Shown in pieces: positions 1 through 13,700 of a DNA stretch of 64,000 bases; position 1 is the stretch's first letter; each line of letters opens with the position of its first letter. Made by a program: the position numbers and the translations under genes. The stretch is from Eledone cirrhosa (lineage: Eukaryota), in assembly GCA_964016885.1 (NCBI GenBank), contig OZ024741.1:287246001-287310000 (forward strand), read 5' to 3'. Below the pieces are notes generated by a model, which had not been told where the DNA came from, did not search any database, and saw nothing but the letters and a program-made list of their open reading frames with translations.

Positions 1-870
1 TTGTTTGCGATAGGAATAATAGGAATAATAGTTTCTTGATTTAGAGTTGGATTATGAACATTTAGCGAAGTTGTGTTTGACGTTGTATTTGGGTTTACAG
101 AAGTTAGCCTAGGGTTTACAATGACGTCGGGAGTACTATTACTGTTATTATGAAATTCAATATTGGAAGGAAGAGATTTAGTATTTAATATTTTGTTGTT
201 GTGTTTAGAGATGATGTTGGAAATATTGGAGGATGTAGAATACGAAAATTTGATGGTGTGTTTGTTAAATATTTTACTATAGATATGTGAGGGAGGGAAG
301 CATTTATTTAAGGCACTAAAAAATAATTTAGGAATATTGTTATTAATAGAGATGGAGAAAGGAGCATTATACCAGATTATGTTTTTGTATCTAGGTCTTT
401 TATTAAAATTATTGGAATGGTCATGATTAATTATTCTACTGTAAGTTTTCCTAGAATTTGCTTCTTTATTATATTTGATTTTATCTGGATAGCCGGCTTT
501 AGAAAGTGCGTTATTATAGTAATTGGCGTTAGCATCAAAGATGTTTTTATTAGAAGATATGTTAGATATTCTATTTCCAATATTATTAACTATAGCATTC
601 TTGATATTGGTAGGATGGTTAGATTTAAAGTTAACATAATTAAGATTCTCATTGTTTTTATGGTAAGGGTAATATAGGCCAGTGTCAAGATTAAGAGATA
701 CATCCAAGAAATTAGCTAGTTTGATACTATTATCAAATTCAATTTTTAGGTTATTTTGGTTAAAGAGTTTACGTATATTGTTCTTAATAATATTAAGTTT
801 AACTATATTGCAATTTAGGATAAATAAAATATTTTTCCCAATATCACACATCAATCTAAAACCACTTTTC
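1..870 (-). pseudogene. Penelope-like element ORF fragment (RT C-terminus/thumb and linker); continues off the window start
   Basis: Minus strand reads ...NFLDVSLNLDTGLYYPYHK...SNHP...RISNISSNKNIF...ALSKAGY...IIWYNAPFS...KIFNKHTIKFSYST, homologous to the PLE ORFs at 26410-26890 and 44636-45430. Confidence 0.85.
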
Positions 871-872
871 AT

Positions 873-1123
873 ATATTGATTTAAAACTGCACTATCAACA
901 AGTGTTTTTTAGCCTTCATATCATGTTCTCCTGTTTTATCTGATGAAAACACAAATATTATTGCTTGATGATGTTTGTTTTTGAAATGCGCATAATAAAA
1001 TATATGGAACTCCTTTAACCATCTTTTGATCTTATATTATGCATACTCCAGTCCCACAAACTGTAGAGTGCTTCTTATCCGATATCTGCATTGCTTTATT
1101 GTACTACAATAAAACTCACCTCC

Positions 1124-1126
<3 letters not shown>
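873..1126 (+). mobile_element. Inverted pseudo-LTR with 3' tail of the PLE at 1-870, ending in (TA)n
   Basis: Opposite orientation to the ORF, carries an HHR, and is near-identical to 55396-55766. Confidence 0.8.
934..1000 (+). ncRNA. Type I hammerhead ribozyme
   Basis: TTTTAT-CTGATGA-[long stem II]-GAAA-TGCGCA-TA^ATAAAA; 6-bp stem I and palindromic stem III. Confidence 0.85.
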
Positions 1127-1162
<36 letters not shown>

Positions 1163-1579
1163 ATATGTATGCATGTATGCAGGTATGTATGGGTGAATGT
1201 ATGGGTGGATGGTGTCATAATATAATATATAAAGATAAACCACCAACTTTGTTTCAGACATTAACGTAAAATGTATGACGCGCCTTTCATTCTCAACTTC
1301 TAAAACCTCCCCAGATCTTCAGATATACGTTATCTTTGTAATGTTACATTGAAGATAAAAGATAAATGAAGATAAAAGATAAATCAAGACGGTGAACATG
1401 GAAATAAAATGGAATGATAAAAGACTTTAAACTTATGTTTAAGCAGTTAGCTTAGTTGTTTTCATACACTAAAGAGCGGTGAGTGACCATTTCCCATATG
1501 TATAAATTACTTAGATATTATATTTCTTGACGGATTTCTGTTAATGCCTCCTATTAATATTATCTATCGACCTGCGGTT

Positions 1580-1800
1580 GCGGGAATAGCAAAATCAGTG
1601 GAATGTCGGATAAAATATATTTGTGTTTTTTTCATTCTAGCTCTTTAAGTTCTGAGTTCTGATGTCAACTTTGCTTTTCTTCCTTCCTAGGTCGATAAAT
1701 AAAGTAGCGGTCAGTTACTGGCGCTGATTAAATCAACTTTGCCCCAGCCACCAAACCTAAGAAAAATTACTGGCCTTGTGCTGAAATTAAAAATCAATAT
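1580..1800 (+). mobile_element. Diverged SINE copy
   Basis: Matches the window SINE consensus (ctgagttc...aactttgc.tt.c.tcctt...ggtcgataaa...tggccttgtgc). Confidence 0.6.
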
Positions 1801-2097
1801 TATCTATTGATCTATCTCTGTAAAACATAGTATACAATTAAGTGACGCATTCAGTCGTGTTGGTACAGAGACCTGAATACCTAAGGTTAATTGAGAGATT
1901 CCGCCCACAGTGTAATCATATGCATCAATCATACTTAGAATACATGAGACGTACAAAGGAGGTTTAGAAAAAGGTATAAGGTGAACAGTTGTATATAAAA
2001 ACAAGAGGAAGGGTGAAAGGCGTTGTACAATAAATGTGGGGTAAGGATTTTATCAATCAGTTTTCGTAGAGCCGCTAAATTATGGGATATAATCACA

Positions 2098-2159
2098 AAG
2101 ATACAAACATAAACTGACACACTAGTACACTCATGCACACACATACACACATACATATG

Positions 2160-2217
<58 letters not shown>

Positions 2218-2279
2218 CGTAAGTGTGTGTGTATGTGTATGCATGAGTGTACTAGTGTGTCAGTTTATGTTTGTATCTT
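2098..2279. repeat. ~55-bp inverted duplication flanking a (TA)n tract
   Basis: 2098-2150 is the reverse complement of ~2225-2279 (aagatacaaacataaactgacacactagtacactcatgca). Confidence 0.9.
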
Positions 2280-2286
2280 ACATATG

Positions 2287-2370
<84 letters not shown>

Positions 2371-2371
<1 letters not shown>

Positions 2372-3358
2372 CGGCGATGAATTAGTTTAGCGAGGTTTTT
2401 TATATGAAATCGTGTGTCGAAACAAATATTGTTATACTTGGGGAGGGTCATATTTGTGTAATATTGCCAGAATTAATAACAGAACACACTCACTGTTTGG
2501 TTGGTTTTCGCTTCTCGCTGTCTTTTATATCTGTCTGCAGAAACATGACAACAACATACATAGGTCAGACAGCTCGTAGCATAGGTGAAAGGATAGACCA
2601 ACACTGGGGGGAACTAAAAGGACGAAAAAACGGGTCAGTACTATACGAACATGCTAGACAACAACATGACGGTACATAGACAACATAGAAATTAGAATAA
2701 TATCTAAACATAGAAATGACCCAGCAGATAGGCAAATCAGAGAGGCCAGTGAAATAGAAATTAGAAGACCAAAGCTAAATAGAAAGAATGAGTGGAATAA
2801 CAACAACACCCAAACAAACAACACTGACCTAAGAGAAGTATAAATAAGTAAATAAAATAAGATAAATAAATACATACACAAGCACAATAACAACAAGCAC
2901 ATAAACACACACTAGTCACCCAGCAAACATAACACTATACACACTAGTCACACAGCAAACATAACACTATACACACACGCAAACGCATGCGCAAAGAAGA
3001 CAAAATAAAATAAACAAACAAGCAAATAAATAAATAAATATATAGACAGACTGAATAAAAAATGGCGTAGACATACAACACAACAGGAGGAAAATATAAC
3101 ACCACTGACGATGTTGCAGATGTGCAACGAAAGATTTATGTAAATTATGTAAACTATATATATATATGTGTTTGTGTCTATATTGTATCTGTATTATTTT
3201 TGACCGTCGGTCAGTCAATGGCAACATTGAGGACCGAGTAAGTTAGATTACAGATATAAAAGACAGCGAGAAGCGAAAACCAACCAAACAGTGAGTGTGT
3301 TCTGTTATTAATTCTGGCAATATTACACAAATATGACCCTCCCCAAGTATAACAATAT
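2371..3358 (+). mobile_element. 5'-truncated PLE (GIY-YIG remnant) with ~109-bp inverted termini, in (TA)n
   Basis: 2535-2800 encodes TYIGQTARSIGERIDQH...SVLYEHARQQH...(frameshift)RQIREASEIEIRRPKLNRKNEW; arms 2426-2534 and 3250-3358 are inverted; degenerate HHR-like CTGACGA-tGTTGCA..TGCAAC-GAAA near 3105. Confidence 0.8.
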
Positions 3359-3411
3359 ATATATATATATATATATGCATATACACACACAGACATATAT
3401 ATATATATATA

Positions 3412-3602
3412 TGAAAAGAATCAGGACCCCGACGACTGACTTCCAGCCGTTTCGACAGCTAGATCCGATCTGTTGAAACGGCCGGAGCTCAGCCGTCGGG
3501 GTCCTAACTCTTGTCATATTACTCACTCTACTATCCTAAGTATCGAGTACTCTGGTGCGTTATGGTCCACTGGTATCTTACCACACATTTTGTTATTTAT
3601 AC
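3412..3602 (+). mobile_element. Short fold-back PLE-end remnant, family A (3' half of an HHR)
   Basis: Hairpin 3423-3505 containing GAAA-CGGC..GCCG-TC^GGGG; homologous to 29567-29758 and 32642-32765; flanked by simple repeats. Confidence 0.7.
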
Positions 3603-3603
3603 A

Positions 3604-3758
<155 letters not shown>

Positions 3759-3764
3759 CGACAT

Positions 3765-4330
3765 AACAACCAATTATCCACTTACCAAGTGGGTTACGTT
3801 TTCCACACTCTTTCCACAGGCTCTGTAATTCTGGGTGTCATAAGTTTCTCTTCTTTTCAACTCTTTTGTTAAACACTTCATTACCAGCCATTTCATATGC
3901 ATTTATACCCATATCTTTTCCTGACTATTGCAACAACTCTTCGTCACTATTTGCCAAATATTCTGTAAGCATTCTCCTTTCACTTCTTATAGAGTAATCC
4001 ACATGGTTGAGGCCTCTACCACCATTCTTTCTCTTCATGTACAATCTGTCTATATTTGTATTAGGGTGTAAAACTCCGTATAATGTCATTAACTTTCTCG
4101 TCTTTCTATCCAACTTTGCTATTTCTTCAGTCCACCTGAGAATGAAAACATTATATCTAATCACTGCACTTGCCCAATTTTTTTTCTTTGTAGTCACTAG
4201 ATTTCTCGCATTCAGGTTGCATTTTAAAATCATTTTACTCTTTTTAAATATGACTAATTTGTGTATATAAAATGTCACCCAGTTCTAAAATCCCCAAATA
4301 CTTGTATCCATTATCTCCCGCTCTCAGCCT
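3765..4330 (-). pseudogene. R4-like non-LTR retrotransposon RT/thumb fragment
   Basis: YKYLGILE...LNARNL...W..EEIAKLDRKTRKLMTLYGVLHPNTNIDRLYMKRKNGGRGL; homologous to 58524-58900. Confidence 0.85.
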
Positions 4331-4394
4331 TAATCCACTACAGGCTAATGTTCCCCTCTTTTCATATTGAACAAGAATATTTGGAGATCCTTAT

Positions 4395-5915
4395 TATTGA
4401 ACATGCTTTGCATCTTAGAGTCACGGCCCTTTTCGTTCTGGGTTCAAACCCACCGAGGTTAACTTTGTCTTTCATCCTTACGGGGTCGATAAAATGAAGT
4501 ATCGGTAATGCACTGGGATCGATTTAATCGAATTTCCTCTCCCCTTCAAATTGCTAGCCTTGTACCTAAATCAGAAACATTATTATTATTATAATTGGCG
4601 GTGGATTGGCAGTATCGGTAGAGGGTCGGACGCCATGCTTTCCAGCATAGTTACGTCCCTTTACGATCTGAGTTCAAATCCCGCCGAGGTTAACTTTGCC
4701 TTTCATCCTTACGGAGTCGATAAAATAAAGTACCAGTAATGCACTGGGTAATTGCTGGCCTTGTGCCTAAAGTAGAAACAATTATTATTATTATTATTTT
4801 GCAGTATCGGTAGAGGGTTGGGAACCATGCTTTTCAGCATAGAGTTACGGCCTTTTACGGTCTGAGTACAAATACCGCCGAGGTTAACTTTGCCTTTCAT
4901 TCATCCTTACAGGGTCTACAAATAAAGCACCACCAATGCACTGGGCTCGATTTAATCGATTTTCATTTCCCCAAAATTGCTGATCTTGTGTCTAAAATAG
5001 AAATCATTATTATTTAAATCCAATGACAATAAACATCGTTTATCATCCTGGTCAATAAATCTACCAAGAGCAACAACAGTAATAAGAACAACAAATCAAT
5101 GAATAAAAATCAGGAATTAACCAAGTCATACGATCTTTTTAGAAATGTATTTATTTGTCTGTATGTAACTTCCGCTTCACTTGCTATTCTAATTAGTTTC
5201 ATATCGTAGCTGCCTTTTATAAATGTATCGAGGCATTTCTATATACTAAGGACAGTTTTTACAAACCTACATTCCACAATTATGTAGGTCATTATATCAT
5301 CACCATCAGCTTCGAGAGTATATTGGTTTCTGATTTAAAACACAAGGCCAACAATTTTTGGGGGATGGCAAAGTTGATTAAATCGACCCCAGAGCATTAC
5401 TGGTACTTTATGTCATTGACCCCTTAAGGATGAAAGGCAAAGCTGACCTCGGCGGGTTTTGAACTCAGAACGTAAAAAGTCCTAACTCTATTCTACAAAG
5501 CATGGTGTCCGTCGCTCTACCGATACTGCCAGCCCACCGCCCAAGCTTCGTGAGTATATTAAGCAGTTATTGCATCACAGCTACCTCACTGTTCGTGCAA
5601 GAGCGTTAAATACGTTATTCCATCATTTTTGTCCACCTTCAGCAGACGCTTACTTACAGGGTAACGAGATTAGGTATATGTTGATTATATATAAACATAT
5701 TGGTGGATTGCCAGAATCGGTAGAGCGTCGGACACCTTGCTTCGCAGCATAGTTACGTCTCTTTACGTTCTGAGTTCAAATCCCGCCGAGGTTTAACTTT
5801 GCCTTTCATCCTTACGGGGTCGATAAAATAAAGCACCAATAATGCAGTGGGGTCGATTTAATCGACTTTCCTCTCTCCCCAAATTGGTGGTCATGCGACT
5901 AAAGTAGAAATCATT
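4395..5915. mobile_element. Cluster of five copies of a tRNA-derived SINE (~4395-4580 +, 4597-4785 +, 4800-5010 +, 5325-5545 -, 5702-5915 +)
   Basis: Shared gagttcaaatcccgccgaggttaactttgcctttcatccttacggggtcgataaaataaagtaccag core with B-box-like GTTCAAATCC and (TTA)n tails. Confidence 0.85.
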
Positions 5916-7131
5916 ATATATAAACATATTGTATATGGATTCATATACGTCTTTACTCTATAACAAATTTTGTTAGTGTCAATGTCAATTATTATTAGCC
6001 CTCCAAGCTTGTATTATATGTAAATGAGCAACCAGCTAAAATATTTTGTTTACAAAACCTATTAACAGGAAGACATCTTCGTTTCCTTAGTATATCGTAT
6101 TAAGTAAGCGTATACTGAAGATAGCCAATATCCCTGAAATACGAATATAGTGCTCTTATACGTATACCGAGGTAGCTGTGATAGGACCACAGCTTACAAT
6201 ACACAAAGCTAGACAATGTGCATATCTATTATACATAAATATATTATATATGGGCCCATACACGCATTTAAAATACTCAAATATACACGCACAAACGCAC
6301 AACACACACACATATATAGGTGGATTAACATAAGTAACGCGAGTAGTCGATACTCTAAAAGAAAAGTTAAATGTATTTTAATACGAAGCATAAATATTAT
6401 TCAATAATTGGGATCATCATTTCTGTCCACTTCGGACTGAAGTTGAAAGGTAGTTGCTGTAATAAAAGAGCAAATATGTTACTTCAAACGGAAATATAGA
6501 AAGAACTAGAGAACGCAAGTGATGTGTGTGTCATAGCAATGTCGCAACACAAGAACAAGTCCAGCATCTCTGTATACGCAAATCACATGCATTCACATAT
6601 ATCCACTTGCTTGCGTCACACGGATATGCATCTATGTGTTCTTCGCGCTCATGCATCAGTTCAAATTCTTGTATAGAGAGAGAGGGAAAACAAAGGGAGT
6701 GAGTGAAGAAAAACATGGAGAATCAGAATACATATGTATTTATGTTGAAAGGTAACTACGAGTGATTTCAAAAATATATACATAGTTTATAAAAACATTG
6801 CTTTACCTGAACCTCTGGGAAACAGCTGCCATAATTCGCTTTAGCTGCCCACGTTCCATTCGAATGGCAATGGCGTGTGACATTTTCTAGAAAAGCAATG
6901 CAAATAGCGTCAAACTTTGATGGAGAGTTTATTATGAATATTTTATATGGACATTGAACATTGTGATTTTCACAGTCTGGCTCTTCCTCTTAGTCATTTG
7001 CTTATTCTCATTCTCTCATAGACGCCGAATACATTCACATAAGCACACATAAAAATACACATGCACACACACACACGAACACACACTCGTGTGTATAAAG
7101 ATCTGTATATATATATATACATATATATATA

Positions 7132-7196
<65 letters not shown>

Positions 7197-7260
7197 TGTA
7201 TATATATATACTGTATATATATATACTGTATATATATATATACTGTATATATATATACTG

Positions 7261-7293
<33 letters not shown>

Positions 7294-7322
7294 ATATATA
7301 TATATTGTATATATATATACTG

Positions 7323-7379
<57 letters not shown>

Positions 7380-7621
7380 GTATATATCCATCTATTAATC
7401 CATACGTACATGAATATATATATAAAAAATTACAAGAAACGAAGCAGACTGTGTGGTTACTGTAAACAATGTGTGAGATGGTAATATGGAAATACATATA
7501 TTAAAATAGGTGTTCACAATGGCATATTAAAACATTAAAACAATAACTGAATGAGCACTCAGTTCGTGTAGATAGAATAATATATCAATACATGCAAGGT
7601 AAATTATTTTAATTCAATTGA

Positions 7622-7692
7622 ATTCTGATGAGCTATTCTTCCAGGAATGAACATTTTTCATCCCGGATTAGTCAAGCGAAACGGTTGTAAGT
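7622..7692 (+). ncRNA. Hammerhead ribozyme-like motif, solitary PLE end
   Basis: att-CTGATGA-GCT..[TCC.GG.ATGAA..TTCATCCCGGA]..AGC-GAAA-CGGTTG-TA^agt; same stem III type as 47507-47553; stem I is short. Confidence 0.6.
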
Positions 7693-7927
7693 CTATAAAA
7701 TGTTTTAATAATAATACTTGTCTTAATTTACACACACACACACATATATATATATATTAGGAATTATTGTTGTACTTCCCCAGGATGACAAATTCATCTC
7801 AATTGTAACTTTCTCTTACAAAAATCGTAGATTCATTTTCCTCCGTACAAATACATGGTGTACCTATATATTGAGTTCTTTTTTTTATAATGGTACCCAT
7901 TACTAGTGTAAATAAATGTATATGCAC

Positions 7928-8066
<139 letters not shown>

Positions 8067-8106
8067 GAGTTTGTGGGCATACTTTACATACATATATGTA
8101 TGTGTA

Positions 8107-8897
8107 CCATGGCGGACTGGGTCTAAAAATATTGGTTGCCAGGAGATGAAGGGGGCCCACCTACATATAGAATGCTATCCTTTAATTTTTATAATCAATA
8201 AATAACATTTTCAAATACATAAGTGGAAACAAAACAGTGCAATCAAATTTTTGCGGGAAAATATCTTACCTTCTCCAATAAAAAATATTATGTATTTTGC
8301 GAAATCCAGAGACTTTCAATAATGACCAGCAGTCGACCCTAAATATTACTAATAACTCTAGGAAAGCCATGGACGAAACCACTTCTTTCTAACTTTGATT
8401 TTGAAAGTAGGTTTATAATTATCAATTTTCATTACCTTTTCGTAGCTGTTTCGGTGGCCTAGTTGGAGGAATCATAAACAGTGGTGATCCTGGTCTGAAG
8501 TTCGATCCTGGTTTGGCAGTAGGGTTCCCGGTAAACCTTTTCAGTGTTTTTCTATGGGTTGTAAAATAAAAACTGAAAAAGGTTACATGTACCTCTTGCT
8601 CAAGATTAAACCCAATGACAAGATCACCACCGTCTCCAAGTACCTACTGCTGGGCCACAGAGACAACTACGAAAATCTTATGAAAATTCATACTTATAAA
8701 CCTACTTTCAAAATTTTCAAACCAAAGTGTTGTGTTATCATTCATGTCTTTCTTAATGTTATTGCTCCTTCTTATGGTCTACTTTTAAATCATTTGGGTG
8801 TTCCATAAACTACATCCTCGTTTGGTTTCACATCTATCTAGACTATATTTTAACCTGTATTCCATGTTTCATTTCTGTTGCACCTCATCGCCCGCCT

Positions 8898-8934
<37 letters not shown>

Positions 8935-10865
8935 CCTCTCTCTCTCTCTCCCTCCCTTTTTCTTTCTCTGTGATATTTGGATCTACTATGATTTTGGCTT
9001 ACCTTATTCATATATATATGTTTTTGCATGTCAGTTAGATTCAAACTTACAATGATTGGCATTATGTGTGTGTATCTGTCACGGAGCACCTCCGGGATAT
9101 TCGTCTCGGGGGCAGTTCCCCCATCGCCCGCCACTTTGGTGGCCCTGGACACTCCGCACGCCATCTCACAGTCTGTGGCCTACTCCAGTGCCACGGAACA
9201 CCCGCCCATCGCCTTAAGGTCGAACAACGAACTATCTTCATCTTACAGACCCACACTCCCCCCGGCCTGAACTCCCCACCCTTATTCCTTTAGCGTTCGA
9301 CCCCCCCCCCCCCCACACACACACACTTATCCCCCACTAACACCACTAACACACCCCTCCTTTTCACCGCCCACCCCACACTAACAATACTAACACCTCC
9401 ACTCCACCCCTCATCTGACCACCCTTCCCCAACTAACATACTAACATCCCTTCCCTCCCCTCTTCTCCTCCTCCCCCTCCTTATCACACGCACACACGCA
9501 ACCACTTACACCACCCACCCCACACGCAACTAACATCACTAACACCCCCCAACCCCACGCACACGTACCACACACCCTCGTACACCACCAACTCTACACA
9601 CCCTACCACCACTAACCCCCACTCACACCTGCATTCAACCCCTCCCCACCTCCCGTATACTAACACCCACTAACACCTCTTCACCAAACTACACACACAC
9701 CAGTACACCACACTCCCTCCATAGAACCACACACACACCCTTCTCTCCCCGCTCCACCCACACTCCCGCTCCACACTCACTCATCCCACTAACATCCCTA
9801 CTAATACACACACACACACACACACCCTCCTCACTCCAACTTTCACACCTACCCATTCTCGCCCCCTTACCATTCCACCGACTGCTGCTATGCCCTTCTG
9901 ACCACCTCCCAGCACCAACAGACCACAGCACTCCCACTGCTGACCACTTCCTGTTGCGCGCGCACCCCACATCTCTCCTCTTCCGACCACCGCTTCATGG
10001 ATTACCCACACGCAGAAATTGACTTATAACCAATCCTCCAAAATCCTTGGAACTTACCAACTTTTCAACCATCCTCTTACGTCATCACCTATATAACTCA
10101 CCCACACACACACCCCCCAAAAAAATTTTTCTCCACACGCCAGCCACACCCACAACACGCTTTAACCCCACACACACGTGCTTCCCACCACATATTTACA
10201 CCCTCAGCCTCCTGATTCCTCTCCCCCCACCCCCCTATCCACACACGCACAGACACTCCGACCCACAAAAACACCCCCCACACACACCTCTTCCTGAACA
10301 TGCAGCCCCGTTCTTCCCCCAACCCTTACTTTCACATACACACACACACACACACACACACGCACACCTACACACACACACCACCTTCAGCCCTCCCCGC
10401 TCGGACACCCCGTCTCCCTCTCCCCACTCCACCCGCCACCACCCCTACTCACCCCACACCCTTCCACCACCTGTTTACCCCCCTTTTAATTTCAGTTTAT
10501 TTTGATCATGCCTTTATTTTTAAATTTTCTCATTCCTTGTATTTTGATCATGCATTATTTTTATATTTTTTTTCTTTTTTCGCTATATGTCTCTCCACCA
10601 CTCCCCTACACACCTTTTGATCTCAACTATTTGCATTATCGTATATTTTGGTTTCTAGTAATTCCCTGGGGAATTGATTGACCAAATGCTTTGCTGAATC
10701 GTTTTATTTATTTTTTTTTTTATTCTTTCTCTTAGATTTCGTGTATTTTTGAAAGCAAAGCATTGGCCCCTAAAATATATAGTGGACCCTGCAATACTAC
10801 TGTGGGATTTTGCAATGCTACCCTGGGCCCACTAGCCATTAGACAACATGGCCAGTTCGCCACTG
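8107..10865. mobile_element. Non-autonomous hAT-like DNA transposon hosting nested insertions
   Basis: Imperfect TIRs ccatggcggactgg / ccagttcgccactg; candidate 8-bp TSD tatgtgta / tatgtata. Confidence 0.55.
9080..10617 (+). mobile_element. 5'-truncated Neptune-like PLE: GIY-YIG C-terminus (9080-9293) plus long C/A-rich 3' region
   Basis: EHLRDIR..SPIARHF..HS..HLTVCGL..RLKVEQRTIFILQTHTPPGLN; 10135-10610 is homologous to 28340-28765 (-). Confidence 0.8.
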
Positions 10866-11243
10866 TATGTATATCTCTGCATGTATGTATGTATTTATGT
10901 AAGTATGGATGAATGGATGTACACGTACATCCATCTTGCTATGGGGTTTAAACACTTCTAAAAGACAGCAATTAATAGCCAGGGAACCCTTAACCTAATT
11001 GTTAACACACTCGTCTGACATCCGAGGAATGCGTGATTCAATACCTCGACTGCGCCTCTGTCCACGTCTCAATGGTCATTTCAGCCGATTTTCTTAACTT
11101 AGATTTGTACTGATCAACTATTATCGTAGTAATTTGCATTGGGACCGCTGTCTTTTCCCAGTACCCACCACGCACATATGTATAGCGTTCTTGTGTACCT
11201 CTCTCTATAATTCAAAGCATAGATACACATGTATGTATGTATG

Positions 11244-11822
11244 CTTCACGGCACAGGCATTGCTTTATATCTGGAGATCTCTCTGCACTTGTCGTCACAT
11301 GGTACCATGGGCCCAGCACTGTGTCAATAATTGTCACAAGTGTAGTGTTTGTACCAGAGTTTTCAAGTCGCTGGCTGGACTAAAAAGTCACACTTGTTCA
11401 GCGCATCGGTGGGGGTTCTCCTACATGGATATAAAGTAGTGGCCGTACTCGAAAACGAGTTGGCAGCCACCATGTATCTAAGAGTCAACGGCCATCCAAA
11501 AGTGTGTAAAATGTATATAGACATGTACTGTGGGGTTAAACCACTGGGAGTGAAGGAGCCCTAGCCTTTGTCAGGGCATTCTTCTAGGAGAAGGCAACTC
11601 AGGAAACTGGGATAACTCCGATATAAAACCTGCGGTTCAGTAGTTACCGATGATATTGATCATTTCTTCTTTTCGCTCAGAGAGTGGGATTGGCTCAGTG
11701 CACAGTCTTAAAAAATATCTTCACGCACAGGCATTGCACGATAGACTTAATTAATAATTATTAATAATGGTATATCGTGCAATGGCCATACTCGATAACG
11801 AGGGGGCAGCCATCATCATGTA
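11244..11822 (+). mobile_element. Two RTE-derived short non-autonomous elements (11244-11474; 11478-11822)
   Basis: RTE-type C-terminal zinc finger CSVCTRVFKSLAGLKSH, a ctaggagaagg 5'-UTR-like motif and (TGTA)n tails; multiple copies in the window. Confidence 0.7.
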
Positions 11823-12045
11823 TGTATATATGTATGTATTACGTATGTGTGTATGTATGTGTTATGTATGTGTGTATGTAGGTATGTATGAATGTATGTA
11901 CTTATCTATGTATGTGTACATGTATGTATATATGCATGTATTATGTATGCATGTATGTGTATGCATGTACATATATATGTATGTATGCATATATGAATGT
12001 ATGCATATATGTACGCATGGATGTATGTATGTACGCATATAAACA

Positions 12046-12115
<70 letters not shown>

Positions 12116-12142
12116 ATATATATATATACATATATATATATG

Positions 12143-12175
<33 letters not shown>

Positions 12176-12230
12176 CATACATATATATATATTTGATATA
12201 TATACATACATATATATATATATATATACA

Positions 12231-12290
<60 letters not shown>

Positions 12291-12313
12291 CATATATATA
12301 TATATATACATAC

Positions 12314-12449
<136 letters not shown>

Positions 12450-13369
12450 GGAGAGAGAGAACGAGAGGTACTATTTTATTCTCTTTGTATATATCTATTT
12501 ACATGGAGTGTGTTTTCGTATGCGTATGTGCGTCTGACCATTGTGGAAAACAATAAACTTATCAAGTGACAGGTTTATATTGTTAAAACCTATTTTAAAA
12601 TATAACAAGGCAGAGAGGAAATATTTAAAACAATGGCTTCCAGTGAAGTTTTATTTAGAATATCATTGAAAAATCTTCGTAAAAAGGTCGCAAATATAAT
12701 ATTAAAATGACGTAACATTTTATCGTTTTGTTCATATATTTTCCTATTGTATTTTTTTTATTATTATTATTGTTGTTGTTGTTGTTGTTGTTATTATCAT
12801 TATTATAATAAAGAAATCATTATCATTATTATTAATGTTATTATTATTATTATTGTTGTTGTTGTTGTTGTTTTTGTTGTTGTTACTGTTGTTGATGTCG
12901 TTGATGTTGTTGTTTCTGATTTCTTCATTAGCCATACGAGCTTTCCCCCTTTGGGACTTACCAGAATGATTTATATACACAATTTCCAAAGTTATTCTTA
13001 TCTCACTTCTATTCCCACCCCTATTCCTTCCTCCAGTGTTTTGTGTCTTTGTTTTGTGATATTTATTTCTATAGGACAACTAAGCGTAGCAGTGTTTTGT
13101 TTCGGAGTTGTTTCAAGTATATTGAATGCAGTGAGCTAGCTTGCAGTGTCGTTCCGACTGTTTGCCCTATCTGACTGGTGCCGATTTTGCTCTATATGAC
13201 TTTCTCACTTTCTCTATATTCCATACTTGAGAACGGATGAGCTCCGAAAAGTTTCATAAGCGCATGACACTCAATATGTCACAACGCCGCCCCTACTGCT
13301 ACAACAGGAATTACGGTTCAATACTTACAAACAAATATATCGAAATAGGCTGTCTAATATGTATGTAGT

Positions 13370-13700
13370 AACTAGCATTATTATCTTCTATTTGTTGTGA
13401 ATATTTATAAGTCCTGGGGTTTTGGTTACACATTTCAGTGCATGTGCTTTTGTGTTTTATCATACCCAAGTCACCTATTAATATAGAGATTGTTTCTGTT
13501 ATCCATCTTTTCATTTAAGTTAACTATTTTTTAATTGTTATATTTGGATGATAGTTTCTCCATTTCTTATAGATATACATTATCTTCTATTGGGACTAAT
13601 ACTTTGAGCAGAAGCACTTTCTTTCCTTGTAAACTCAACAACATCCGATTGAATTGTTTTGAACTCACTTTCTACATACATTGACATATTCCAGAGTTTG
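13370..13700 (-). pseudogene. Degenerate restriction-like endonuclease end of an R4-like LINE
   Basis: Minus-strand remnants V-L-V-P-I-E-D-N...EMEKLSKY..L and ILIGDLGMIK. Confidence 0.55.

Noticed and set aside
4395-5915. Repeated units resembling tRNA genes or a CRISPR-like array
   Set aside because: They are dispersed SINE copies with no cloverleaf and no repeat-spacer regularity, in a eukaryotic context.
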